Below, in pieces: positions 57,501-64,000 of a DNA stretch of 64,000 nt. Within the stretch, counting starts at the first letter, position 1. Each line of letters starts with the position of its first letter. This DNA is from a virus. The stretch is taken from positions 96,001 through 160,000 of the IMG/VR virus record IMGVR_UViG_3300020463_002275; one strand, given 5' to 3'. Position numbers and translations under genes: made by a program. The notes beneath the pieces are model-generated. The model was not told the DNA's origin, did no database searches, and saw only the letters and a list, made by a program, of their open reading frames with translations.

Positions 57501-58997
57501 CGTTCAGGTAACTTGCCTGTGCGTTATGAAATTACCAACGAAGGTCAAAATGGTAAATTAAAAACAGATATTGATGCAACACAAACAACCATACCGTTAG
57601 AAACAGTTGACTTCTTTCCAACTTCAGGTACAGTTTATATTGACAACGAACTTATAAGTTTTACAGGTACAGACACAGCAACTAATAGCATTACAGGTTG
57701 TACAAGACAGGCAACACTTACAAACTTCCAAGCAGGTGCGGCACGTAGTTACACAGCAGGAAATCCGGCGTCACATGATGCTAGAACAGGTGTAATTTTA
57801 ATTAGTAATACAACAACACCACTAATATCACATTGGGGATCGGCGTTTATTACAGATGGCGGCTTTGATGAAGATCGTGGTTACATTTTCTCTTACACAG
57901 AACAAGCACTAACAGTTACAAATGTTAGACAAACAGCATTTATGATAAGACTAGCACCTAGTGTATCAAACGCTATTATTGGTGACTTAGGAGATAGAGA
58001 ATTACTTAACAGAGCACAATTACTACTAAGTTCTCTAGAAGTTACATCAGAAGCAAACTCAACAGGTTCTATTGTTATTGAAGGTATCCTAAATCCGCAA
58101 AACTATCCTACTAACCCAGCGTTGATTAGTTGGACAGGATTAAGTGGACTTGCACAAGGTGGACAACCAAGTTTTGCACAGATTGCATCAGGTGGTGGTA
58201 TTACATGGTCAACTGGTGCTACTACAACTACATCAAATATTACTGCACAAGCAGGAGTAAATGCTGTACTAGATTCAGGAATATATAGATCAAGAAACGG
58301 AAGTAGATATATCTATGTAAATGGTTCAGACTATAGAGCAACATTTGGAACAGATAGTACAGATCCAGTATTAGGTAAAACAATTACAGGTAACAACATA
58401 AGATCCAATACAAGAGTTGACGGTGGTTATATTTCTGCAAGTGGAACTTATGGTTACTTATTCTTATCCCAGACACTTAGTGGAAACATTACTCAGAATA
58501 CATCAAATGCAATGACAATTACATCACATGGGACAGTAGAAAATGCTAACTTTGCATACATTCAAAAAGCAAGTTGGGAAGCAAGTGGTGGTAGAGATGG
58601 TACAGCAGTAAGCCCAACAAGTTCATCACCAACTTGGCCTGCTAACACAGTTATTAACAAAATTGAATTGGTAGACTTTGCTGGTACTGAATATTATTTG
58701 ATTGAATTTAACAACGCCGCTAGTGGAGATTTAGTAGCAGGTAGTGGTACTATTACACTTGAATTTAGTTCACCACCCTACGGACAACCAGGTGAAACAG
58801 TTCTATCATTTATTGCACAGCCAGGTTCTCGTGCTGACTTAGATCTAAGTCAATTGAAAGAACTTACAAATACTACATTAGGTGGTAGAGGTACTTTTCC
58901 AAACGGTCCAGACGTATTAGCGATTAACGTGTTTAAAACAACAGGCACTGATGTTGAAGCCAACATTATTCTACGTTGGTCAGAGGCTCAAGCGTAA
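51570..58997 (+). CDS. Giant (2475 aa) virion/baseplate-fibre protein
   Basis: T/G-rich repeats (GGxxPxNDxTITVxxVDxxGxI) ~54100-56230; DADFEYGLQPTKW; RYQSGKG lectin-like block. Confidence 0.75.
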   Translation: MAKKKINNYKFKPGIGYVENLYPNAYALLNSNKTFLQAETGQFITSRVSDATAFQADLVSMIDDLEQEMVLGTTATQRLWGYIESQKSINQKTTRKRTIQRLKTGLTALSNVTGTYQTAIETAIDEIVDIAVNGFASAAVDLTTSERTGETEVNIGYAVARMKSNRAFMISETKAFMDADTPGNTVTTAATFETELGILIDCICQDVSTTANNLTKTINEEIYVNTTPGNRSLLSDGMTRLATVMKQIAEGATVARTTGNSLTQDTSGTSANTVLGDRCRQHILDTQSVVANGTTSSLPTPVYPNYSDEPAQGQSAATDLENNKTTVATNINAFYNYTFNQAKCERDTGLIIKSYLFDLRYGGNQKTYEYASKYWEQDVAQIDGTRYPETDTHTWLTELIRDYVFNKTTYPNEQTATTQTITGTDAEAGADTPITDLGSLVVTTIEGGLSARPAFVDTGAGYIKFPGNYDSSDILLITNTTDNEVIYSFNDVNSGGVTELATSFVSTNDYAYTEDEDFPAYLQTTDAITKVYLNKNTASMLAEDKLQIYVDTDELIIRPFEFGTDAIERNRTAEPQSMLDADFEYGLQPTKWSAIATMRGYPSVYEVPGTETSVISIISDSSAGTAGVGSSLITVTTAGAHGFELGDAITIKGLKQDVQGYSRAEGAFIIISVPNAISFQYYAKAKVGTSGNVNIEAEATQLRQAGFYTGASIGVPAFSVESNGSSGTIRPALTVGSGEDVIPFTVTVGLAPEIGAPLTASSGIALGTQVTGRVGTGGVAVTPVVTADYGPGSTQVDVQSTSGIQQNMAANKGDGTATLVNTVVGNTITLSDATTNDIKGNYVNYTAVEGQNIVSLGFGATFDVSRAGGNYTIDAIVNSGQDYSPNDVLIIQGEFLGGVTPTNDLTITVSSVDTGGEILTTSVSGTAFNGTGNFGNVTGTYLNGNGTGGLWNIGYTNGVFNNVTLSNPSFPSQNGTVSGGAGTGVLLDFVVTNNTYAVTVDPATAGVTGYSVYDIIQVSGNNLGGTSPNNDAQVTVTNVDSTGYPTGVSVTGNGGNATNNFTNVTYSTNNSGIGANLNIQTNGTTYTPVFTVTGTGFAQNDTVTVLGTQVGGLSPANDITITIDTVDTGGEILTFTTTGTAVNSHSYSGIGNGINLVGSGADFNVTINGLNETYGVTVGNAGNNYAPNQTITIPGTQLGGATPDNDLTITVTDVDNDSTLTVGGILTVNATGTAVKSTSGYAIGDRLKINGSSFTGGADTTNDAIIEVTSVDGTGGITNYTTTGTAPDGVQTYTAVTGTASLSGTNASFDVTRTGSTYTAVLNLAGANFVQNETIVILGTDLGGATTANDCTITVDSVDGSGAIQTLTPTGTAANVGLLSEQSAGSIVGNGATFNVALAAGSYTTTLAQAGQEYYPGQKFLVTGNLLAGATPTNDLTITISTVNATGGILTVSDSGSASTDVASFANVSANVASSTGNGFSLDILRDGTTADSSVGTYTFSLNQGGSNYQISDKIKIGGENLGGQGSIHDVQIVVDSIDSAGAVLTFTATGDAFAGTSFDLYSTVTVDTPTTGQLATSLDISFSALATLRINFDSAHGLVPGDTFITTVDSDDGSNNHDLAAGSFIATAIPSATSLTFTARAAGTIDATSDNINGTVYPRPDSFFIHRPFDGGVQLGTGGPQHGAQAIRQSKKYIRYQSGKGIMYTTGALFAPSYDLRSITASGVEIGATITVTCDDNDHGLQIGSSIKLIGIETVGYNGTYTVNDVIDERTFEVINTLNRLGNTTAVLSFGAQMSTYQWHGATVRSGVFDDQNGIYWEYDGTNLLCCQRTSTKQISGTGAITPDTNTVTGTNTRFRDQLKAGDRIVIRGMTHVVSAVTTQTQMTVTPDYRGVNTAVGTKICLVADKKVRQKDWNLDRMDGTGPSGYNFDPAKMQMIGIEYSWYGAGFIDYMVRGADGNFVYGHRIRNSNVNTEAYMRSGNLPVRYEITNEGQNGKLKTDIDATQTTIPLETVDFFPTSGTVYIDNELISFTGTDTATNSITGCTRQATLTNFQAGAARSYTAGNPASHDARTGVILISNTTTPLISHWGSAFITDGGFDEDRGYIFSYTEQALTVTNVRQTAFMIRLAPSVSNAIIGDLGDRELLNRAQLLLSSLEVTSEANSTGSIVIEGILNPQNYPTNPALISWTGLSGLAQGGQPSFAQIASGGGITWSTGATTTTSNITAQAGVNAVLDSGIYRSRNGSRYIYVNGSDYRATFGTDSTDPVLGKTITGNNIRSNTRVDGGYISASGTYGYLFLSQTLSGNITQNTSNAMTITSHGTVENANFAYIQKASWEASGGRDGTAVSPTSSSPTWPANTVINKIELVDFAGTEYYLIEFNNAASGDLVAGSGTITLEFSSPPYGQPGETVLSFIAQPGSRADLDLSQLKELTNTTLGGRGTFPNGPDVLAINVFKTTGTDVEANIILRWSEAQA

Positions 58998-59515
58998 ATA
59001 TTAAAATTTACTATACAACGAGGATTATCAGTTGGAAATCCACCTGAGTGTAAAGTTTCTCCGTCAAATAAAACTATACGTCCTTTTTTAGGAGTAACTT
59101 TTTCTATTACTTTTTCTTTTTCAAAGAATACAGTATCACCGTCACTATCATTTACATAATAAATTAAACCTAAATGTTTTTCAGGTCGATCTGTATGAGG
59201 AGCATAAAAGTCAAGTTTAGTTTTATGCGGCACTGTAATAAAAAGTCTTGCGGCAATGATATCAATAAAATCAATGTTTAATTCTGCAAAAACAGTTTGC
59301 GGTATTTTTGAAAAATTGCCATAGTGTTCAGTAAGTTTTGTACTACTCTTTAATACATGTTCAAAACTTACAGGTATGTTACCACCATCAAATGCAGTTG
59401 GCTCATATTTACAAACTAAAGGTAGTGTTGCATTAATTTTTGTACTACCAAAAACAAGTGTGTGATAGTAATCCTGTAATTCTTGTGGTATAAGATTATC
59501 TTTAACTATTATCAT
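58988..59515 (-). CDS. 2OG-Fe(II) oxygenase superfamily protein
   Basis: PHTD (HxD), YYVNDSDGDTVFF, PKKGRIVLFDG..LH, R..VNFN. Confidence 0.85.
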   Translation of the reverse strand: MIIVKDNLIPQELQDYYHTLVFGSTKINATLPLVCKYEPTAFDGGNIPVSFEHVLKSSTKLTEHYGNFSKIPQTVFAELNIDFIDIIAARLFITVPHKTKLDFYAPHTDRPEKHLGLIYYVNDSDGDTVFFEKEKVIEKVTPKKGRIVLFDGETLHSGGFPTDNPRCIVNFNIYA

Positions 59516-60137
59516 CTAGCATATCAACAAACGAAGAAAGGTTATCAAATACTCTTGTTGCTTTCCTAATATTTCTGTATGTAAATCTTTTGTTAATTAA
59601 TTCTTCTGTTTCTTTCCCGTATCCTGTGCGAACTAATACAGGTCTTGCTCCCATCTTAAGAGCGGCTTTTAGATCTGATATTTTATCTCCAACAAAATAT
59701 CCTTTATTAAATTTAACATGTTTTACTTCTTGTTCGCAACGCTTAAACATTCCTGTGTTAGGTTTTGCAAACATATCTTTTTTTGAACTACTTGCACTAT
59801 AGTATAATCCGTCTATACTAGGACATCCTGCTAATCCTAATTGTTGAAACATATGTTCGTGTACTTTTTCAACATCTTCTTGTTTGTAAATGCCCTTTTC
59901 AATACCGCCTTGGTTGGTAATAATAACAATTTTGTGACCTAGTTTACGTAGTTTTACTATTGCCTCTAAACTACCTTCTTCAAATTCCCAATCATCTACT
60001 TTATAAACATAATCGCCAATGTCTTTATTAATTACACCGTCTCTGTCTAAACCAACTACACACTTAGGTGCAACATAATCTGGTCTATAGACGTCGATGT
60101 TAACATCATCACTCCATACTATCTTCGGGTCGCTCAT
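59502..60137 (-). CDS. gmhB: D-glycero-D-manno-heptose 1,7-bisphosphate phosphatase (HAD)
   Basis: GLDRDGVIN, IITNQGG, KPNTGM, VGDKISDLKAA, VRTGYG. Confidence 0.88.
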   Translation of the reverse strand: MSDPKIVWSDDVNIDVYRPDYVAPKCVVGLDRDGVINKDIGDYVYKVDDWEFEEGSLEAIVKLRKLGHKIVIITNQGGIEKGIYKQEDVEKVHEHMFQQLGLAGCPSIDGLYYSASSSKKDMFAKPNTGMFKRCEQEVKHVKFNKGYFVGDKISDLKAALKMGARPVLVRTGYGKETEELINKRFTYRNIRKATRVFDNLSSFVDMLDDNS

Positions 60138-60534
60138 CTGCTACTTTTCCTTTTAACTCTTCTAACAAACCTTCTTGGCTATCACCTGGAATAAGCCTAT
60201 AATTATCTTCTACACTATCAGCAGTACTTACTTCTGTGATGCTACTGTTATCTTCTAATGCTTCTAACTGATGCGGCAATAATGGTTTATTACGCCACGT
60301 CATTCCTTGTGTTAATGTTTGACTGAATAATGTTGCAGTCTTTGTATCAATCCATCGTACAATAAAACTACCTTCATTTACAAACCAACTTTCATCTTTT
60401 TCTTTATGAAAATGCATACTAAATTTATTTCCTTTTTTAGTAAACACCATCATTTTGCCACAATATAAATCATTGGTAGCCCAAATTATTTCATAGCCCC
60501 AACCTTTATCTACTTTACCTTCTAATCTTGCCAT
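60109..60534 (-). CDS. Cupin-fold sugar isomerase-like protein
   Basis: KGWGYE, FSMHFHKEKDESW, PHQL cupin motifs; start may be 60534 or 60546. Confidence 0.75.
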   Translation of the reverse strand: MARLEGKVDKGWGYEIIWATNDLYCGKMMVFTKKGNKFSMHFHKEKDESWFVNEGSFIVRWIDTKTATLFSQTLTQGMTWRNKPLLPHQLEALEDNSSITEVSTADSVEDNYRLIPGDSQEGLLEELKGKVADERPEDSME

Positions 60535-61463
60535 GTTTCTATCCATTCCTCCGGTTTGGTAAATTTAAACTCACCTATTGTTTTAATTAACTTTGTATTA
60601 TCACTACAAGTATACTTTTGATATTGACTAACCAAATTATCAGGCATTGGTATAGGTTCTACTTTTGCATTATATTTGTTTGCAATACTATGTGCAATAG
60701 TTGTAAAACTTGTTGTTTCGCCTGTACCTACATTCCATATACCCATTTCATCAATGTTCATCATTTTTTCAATAATTTTACATACATCTCCTACGTATAT
60801 AAAATCTCTTAAAAATTCACTACTGCCTACAAATGGATGTACTTTGCCTGTTTCTTTTGCTTGGGCTTTAAACTTATGGAATACACTCATTTGATCACCT
60901 TTGTGTTCTTCGTGTTCTCCATATACATTAAAAAAGCGTAACCCTTTAATATTACATTTATAATCTTCCCATTTAATCATTTCTACACCACGATCAAATA
61001 AATATTTTGACCATGAATAAGGACTTTGTGGTTGCTTAGGTGCATCTTCTTGAAAATTTGTACCATCACCATATATACTAGCACTTGATGCATATATTAA
61101 ATCAACTCCTTGCATGTCGCAAACTTGCATTAATCTATGACTGAAATCTAAGTTTTGTTTTAAAACTTTTTCAACATCACGTTCTGTTGTGCTTGATATT
61201 GCACCCATATGTAAAACTTTATCAAATTGACTGCAATCAGGAACTACATTTTCAATAAATTCATACTCTGCTATACCGTGGCCTTTGCTCATGAGATACT
61301 TTTTTAAATTTTTTCCGATAAATCCATCGGCTCCTGTAATTAATATTTTTAATTTATTCTTATTCATGCTTCTTTCTTTGTTATTCCTACGTGATGCTTC
61401 TAAACTCATTTTTAATTCTTGTTCTTCCTTTGGCCACTCTTCATGAAAATATTTTTTATTCAT
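60522..61463 (-). CDS. hldD: ADP-L-glycero-D-manno-heptose 6-epimerase
   Basis: ITGADGFIG, HMGAISSTTE, YASSAS, YSWSK, RFFNVYG..E.HKG, RDFIYVGD. Confidence 0.88.
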   Translation of the reverse strand: MNKKYFHEEWPKEEQELKMSLEASRRNNKERSMNKNKLKILITGADGFIGKNLKKYLMSKGHGIAEYEFIENVVPDCSQFDKVLHMGAISSTTERDVEKVLKQNLDFSHRLMQVCDMQGVDLIYASSASIYGDGTNFQEDAPKQPQSPYSWSKYLFDRGVEMIKWEDYKCNIKGLRFFNVYGEHEEHKGDQMSVFHKFKAQAKETGKVHPFVGSSEFLRDFIYVGDVCKIIEKMMNIDEMGIWNVGTGETTSFTTIAHSIANKYNAKVEPIPMPDNLVSQYQKYTCSDNTKLIKTIGEFKFTKPEEWIETWQD

Positions 61464-62598
61464 TTATTTTCTCTAATATATTTGTTGTTGAAAAATCTTC
61501 AACTGTAGGCACAATATAAACGCTAGTTAAATCATGTCCTACTACTTCATTAACTTTGTAATCACCACCTTTAACGATTAGGTTAGGCTTTATTGACTTG
61601 ATTAAATCATATGGTGTATCTTCACTGAATACAATAACTTCATCTACCCAAGGTAATATTTCTAATTGTTTCTTACGTGTTTCTACAGGATTAATTGGAC
61701 GATTATCTCCTTTTAATCTCCTTACACTACGATCATCATTTAATCCTACAATAAGTTTGTCGCCTTTTTCTTTGGCGGCTTTTAATAATTCAAAATGACC
61801 AGTATGCAATATATCAAAACATCCATTTGTAAAAACAACAGTGCTTTCTAAATCTTCTTTTTTTAATTTATATGTGCCACTATGTTTAACACTTTCAGTT
61901 GAACCTCTTATAGCAATTTCTAAGCATTTTTTATAATCATAACCTTTTACCAAACCAAAAACAAGTCCTGCTAAGAAACAATCTCCTGCTCCTGTTACAT
62001 CTGATACTTCTACATTTTCTACAGGTATATTATAATCTACACCGTCAATATTAGCAATTACTTCTTTACCTGCATTAGTTGTTATAATATTTCCTTGCCA
62101 CTTGTCAAATCCAAATTTGTAAAATTCGTTATAGTTTGGTTTTACTAGCCATGCACCTTCGTATTCACTTGCATTACGCTTAGGATCAACAATTATTTTA
62201 CAGCCAAATTTATTAATATGATTTATTATTTTTTGTGTATGATCTAATGCACCTTTATTGTAATCACTTAGTATCACATAATCATATGGTGCAAAATCAC
62301 TTTGCAGTATTTGTTCTAAAACAGCATCTGCATCAGCATGTTCATCTTCGTCTAATCTAGTTATATAATGTCCATCTGATATTATTCTTGTTTTAGTACT
62401 TCTATTTTGATTATTATGTACAAGTGTTGCATCTATATCTAAATTTTTTAAATTTTCTAATACAAGTCCTGCACCGCCTAGCGAAGTTGATACTTTATCA
62501 ATATTAACTATAGGCACTGGTGCCTCTGGACTAATTCTTGAACTAGTGCCATACACATATTTGTCTACAATAACATCGCCGAATACTAAGACTTTCAT
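61456..62598 (-). CDS. hldE: Bifunctional heptose-7-phosphate kinase / heptose-1-phosphate adenylyltransferase
   Basis: RISPEAPVP, LSDYNKG, DVTGAGD; FTNGCFDILHTGH, VGLNDDRSVRRLKG..RP, VKGGDY. Confidence 0.93.
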   Translation of the reverse strand: MKVLVFGDVIVDKYVYGTSSRISPEAPVPIVNIDKVSTSLGGAGLVLENLKNLDIDATLVHNNQNRSTKTRIISDGHYITRLDEDEHADADAVLEQILQSDFAPYDYVILSDYNKGALDHTQKIINHINKFGCKIIVDPKRNASEYEGAWLVKPNYNEFYKFGFDKWQGNIITTNAGKEVIANIDGVDYNIPVENVEVSDVTGAGDCFLAGLVFGLVKGYDYKKCLEIAIRGSTESVKHSGTYKLKKEDLESTVVFTNGCFDILHTGHFELLKAAKEKGDKLIVGLNDDRSVRRLKGDNRPINPVETRKKQLEILPWVDEVIVFSEDTPYDLIKSIKPNLIVKGGDYKVNEVVGHDLTSVYIVPTVEDFSTTNILEKINE

Positions 62599-62603
62599 AC
62601 TAT

Positions 62604-62632
62604 ATAATAACTTACTTACTAAGGTTTGTCAA
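62604..62632 (-). promoter_or_regulatory. sigma70 promoter TTGACA-N17-TATTAT for the heptose operon (leaderless hldE)
   Basis: -35 at 62632-27, -10 at 62609-04, ATG 5 nt downstream, no SD. Confidence 0.8.
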
Positions 62633-63059
62633 GTAAATTCAAAACTTTTGTTACAGTTTCTAATTTACTTTGATTAATTTTACTTTGCAATGTATTACGC
62701 AATCCGTGATGTAAAGGTTTAGGCCAACTTCCGCTCTTAACCCAAGCGTATCCATCATGTTCTCCGTTTAGAATAGGAATAAATTCTTCTTTCACTGCAC
62801 ACAAATAAGTATGAAATTGAAATTGATGGTCAGTTGATATAAAAGTTTCAAGAGGAATAGTCTTTTCAATCTTTGGATTAAATCCTACTTCTTCTTTTAT
62901 CTCACGCTTTAGTACTTCCCAAGGTGTTTCTTTGCCTTCACCTGTACCTCCAACTAAACCCCATAAGTTCTTAGTTTTACCTTTAGTACGATGTAATAGT
63001 AAAAAGCGTTGTGTTTTTAGACTGTAGAACAGAGTTCCACTACAAATTATCTTGTTCAT
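62619..63059 (-). CDS. NUDIX hydrolase
   Basis: GGTGEGKETPWEVLKREIKEEVG Nudix box; EHDGYAW. Confidence 0.9.
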   Translation of the reverse strand: MNKIICSGTLFYSLKTQRFLLLHRTKGKTKNLWGLVGGTGEGKETPWEVLKREIKEEVGFNPKIEKTIPLETFISTDHQFQFHTYLCAVKEEFIPILNGEHDGYAWVKSGSWPKPLHHGLRNTLQSKINQSKLETVTKVLNLLDKP

Positions 63060-63067
63060 AAAAATAA

Positions 63068-64000
63068 TTAGCCGTTGAGAGCGATCCGCCAGGTCCCTCC
63101 TGGATATAGACCTTCAACACTTAATAGCCATTCTTCGCCGTCCCAGCGATATTGAATGCCTGTTTTAAGGTTTGTTACGTATGTAACTTCTTTGCTAGTA
63201 GCCGCTTCAAATACAACTACAAATTTAGTACCGTCCCATTCAACAATATCATTGCGTTTTGCAACAAAGTCAACTCCGCCTGCTGATTTCCATGCATCTG
63301 GACCATCGTTATTCGATGCGTCACCTATGTCATTAAGCAATAGTATTCTACCACCTAATCCTTTCATTACATTTGTAGGAACAGTTTTTTGTGGATCAAT
63401 AATATAATCTATAGTAGTCCATTGGTTATTATTTCTTACAGGACCTGAAATAACGCTATTACTTGGGAATGTATCTGTGTCCCAATTAATTATTAATTGT
63501 GTTTCGTCCATAGAGTTTACACTTATAGTACCAGTAATTTCGTGTGTAGTTTCGTTTAATTTTGTAAAGTAAATTCGACTAATATCATCTTGATACTGTC
63601 CTGGATGACTTTCTAGTATTTGTCTCCAACTAGTTGAGCCAACCATACCTTTACTTTCTATTTGTGCTAGTGTGCCTGTTACGTAGACTCCATAATCTTG
63701 GTAATTAGTACCTACTACATGCTGAACTGATGTTGTTTCTACATTACGATTGCCGTCTTTATCTGCAACGCCTCTAACAATACTATCATCATATGCATTT
63801 AATTCTGGCATACTTAATCCTAAGTCTAATGTTCCTCTTTCCTCATCAAATATACTTGTTATAATGTTTGTAATAACACCAAGCCTTTTTACTTTGACAG
63901 GTGGACTAATATAAATTGGTGTTGTAAATGTCAATGTTGACACATCAATTTCGCTATCAACACCAACTGGCACACTACGTGAACTCCATGTTACACTATC
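63068..64000 (-). CDS. Tail sheath stabilizer/neck protein (gp15-like) with C-terminal extension, 5' truncated
   Basis: Frame is open from the window end; SEIDVSTLTFTTPIYISPPVKV resembles the gp15-like pattern. Confidence 0.55.
   Translation of the reverse strand, partial: DSVTWSSRSVPVGVDSEIDVSTLTFTTPIYISPPVKVKRLGVITNIITSIFDEERGTLDLGLSMPELNAYDDSIVRGVADKDGNRNVETTSVQHVVGTNYQDYGVYVTGTLAQIESKGMVGSTSWRQILESHPGQYQDDISRIYFTKLNETTHEITGTISVNSMDETQLIINWDTDTFPSNSVISGPVRNNNQWTTIDYIIDPQKTVPTNVMKGLGGRILLLNDIGDASNNDGPDAWKSAGGVDFVAKRNDIVEWDGTKFVVVFEAATSKEVTYVTNLKTGIQYRWDGEEWLLSVEGLYPGGTWRIALNG

Noticed and set aside
786-63407. Numerous antisense or alternate-frame ORFs in the six-frame track (e.g. 3909-4496, 7658-8326, 23742-24368, 41116-41826)
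   Set aside because: They are shadows of long sense genes with biased codon use and have no start signals or motifs.

Overview
AT-rich 64-kb segment of a large T4-like (myovirus) phage genome, probably marine and infecting a Gram-negative bacterium. It runs from the end of a gp46-like recombination ATPase through the head module (portal gp20, prohead protease gp21, scaffold gp22, major capsid gp23), baseplate hub/tape-measure genes and a ~40-kb block of giant paralogous fibre/virion genes, to an ADP-heptose biosynthesis operon and a gp15-like gene on the minus strand. Structural genes are preceded by T4-type late promoters (NATAAATA). Host-like genes are sufE, a BtuB-like TonB-dependent receptor plus DUF6580-like membrane protein, GT9, SGNH hydrolase, carbamoyltransferase, hldE, hldD, gmhB, a cupin, a 2OG-Fe(II) oxygenase and a NUDIX hydrolase. 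The most notable signals lie outside the ORF track: (1) a glnA-type glutamine riboswitch in front of an unlisted 50-aa basic ORF; (2) a stand-alone ~217-nt pseudoknotted ncRNA with its own sigma70 promoter and terminator; (3) a ~350-nt highly structured RNA-like region directly downstream of a GIY-YIG nuclease; (4) a canonical -1 frameshift signal fusing gp26-like and gp51-like ORFs; (5) three 318-aa paralogs with 30-33 Cys each; (6) recurrent leaderless gene starts. All family assignments come from motif recognition by eye; no database searches or folding programs were run.
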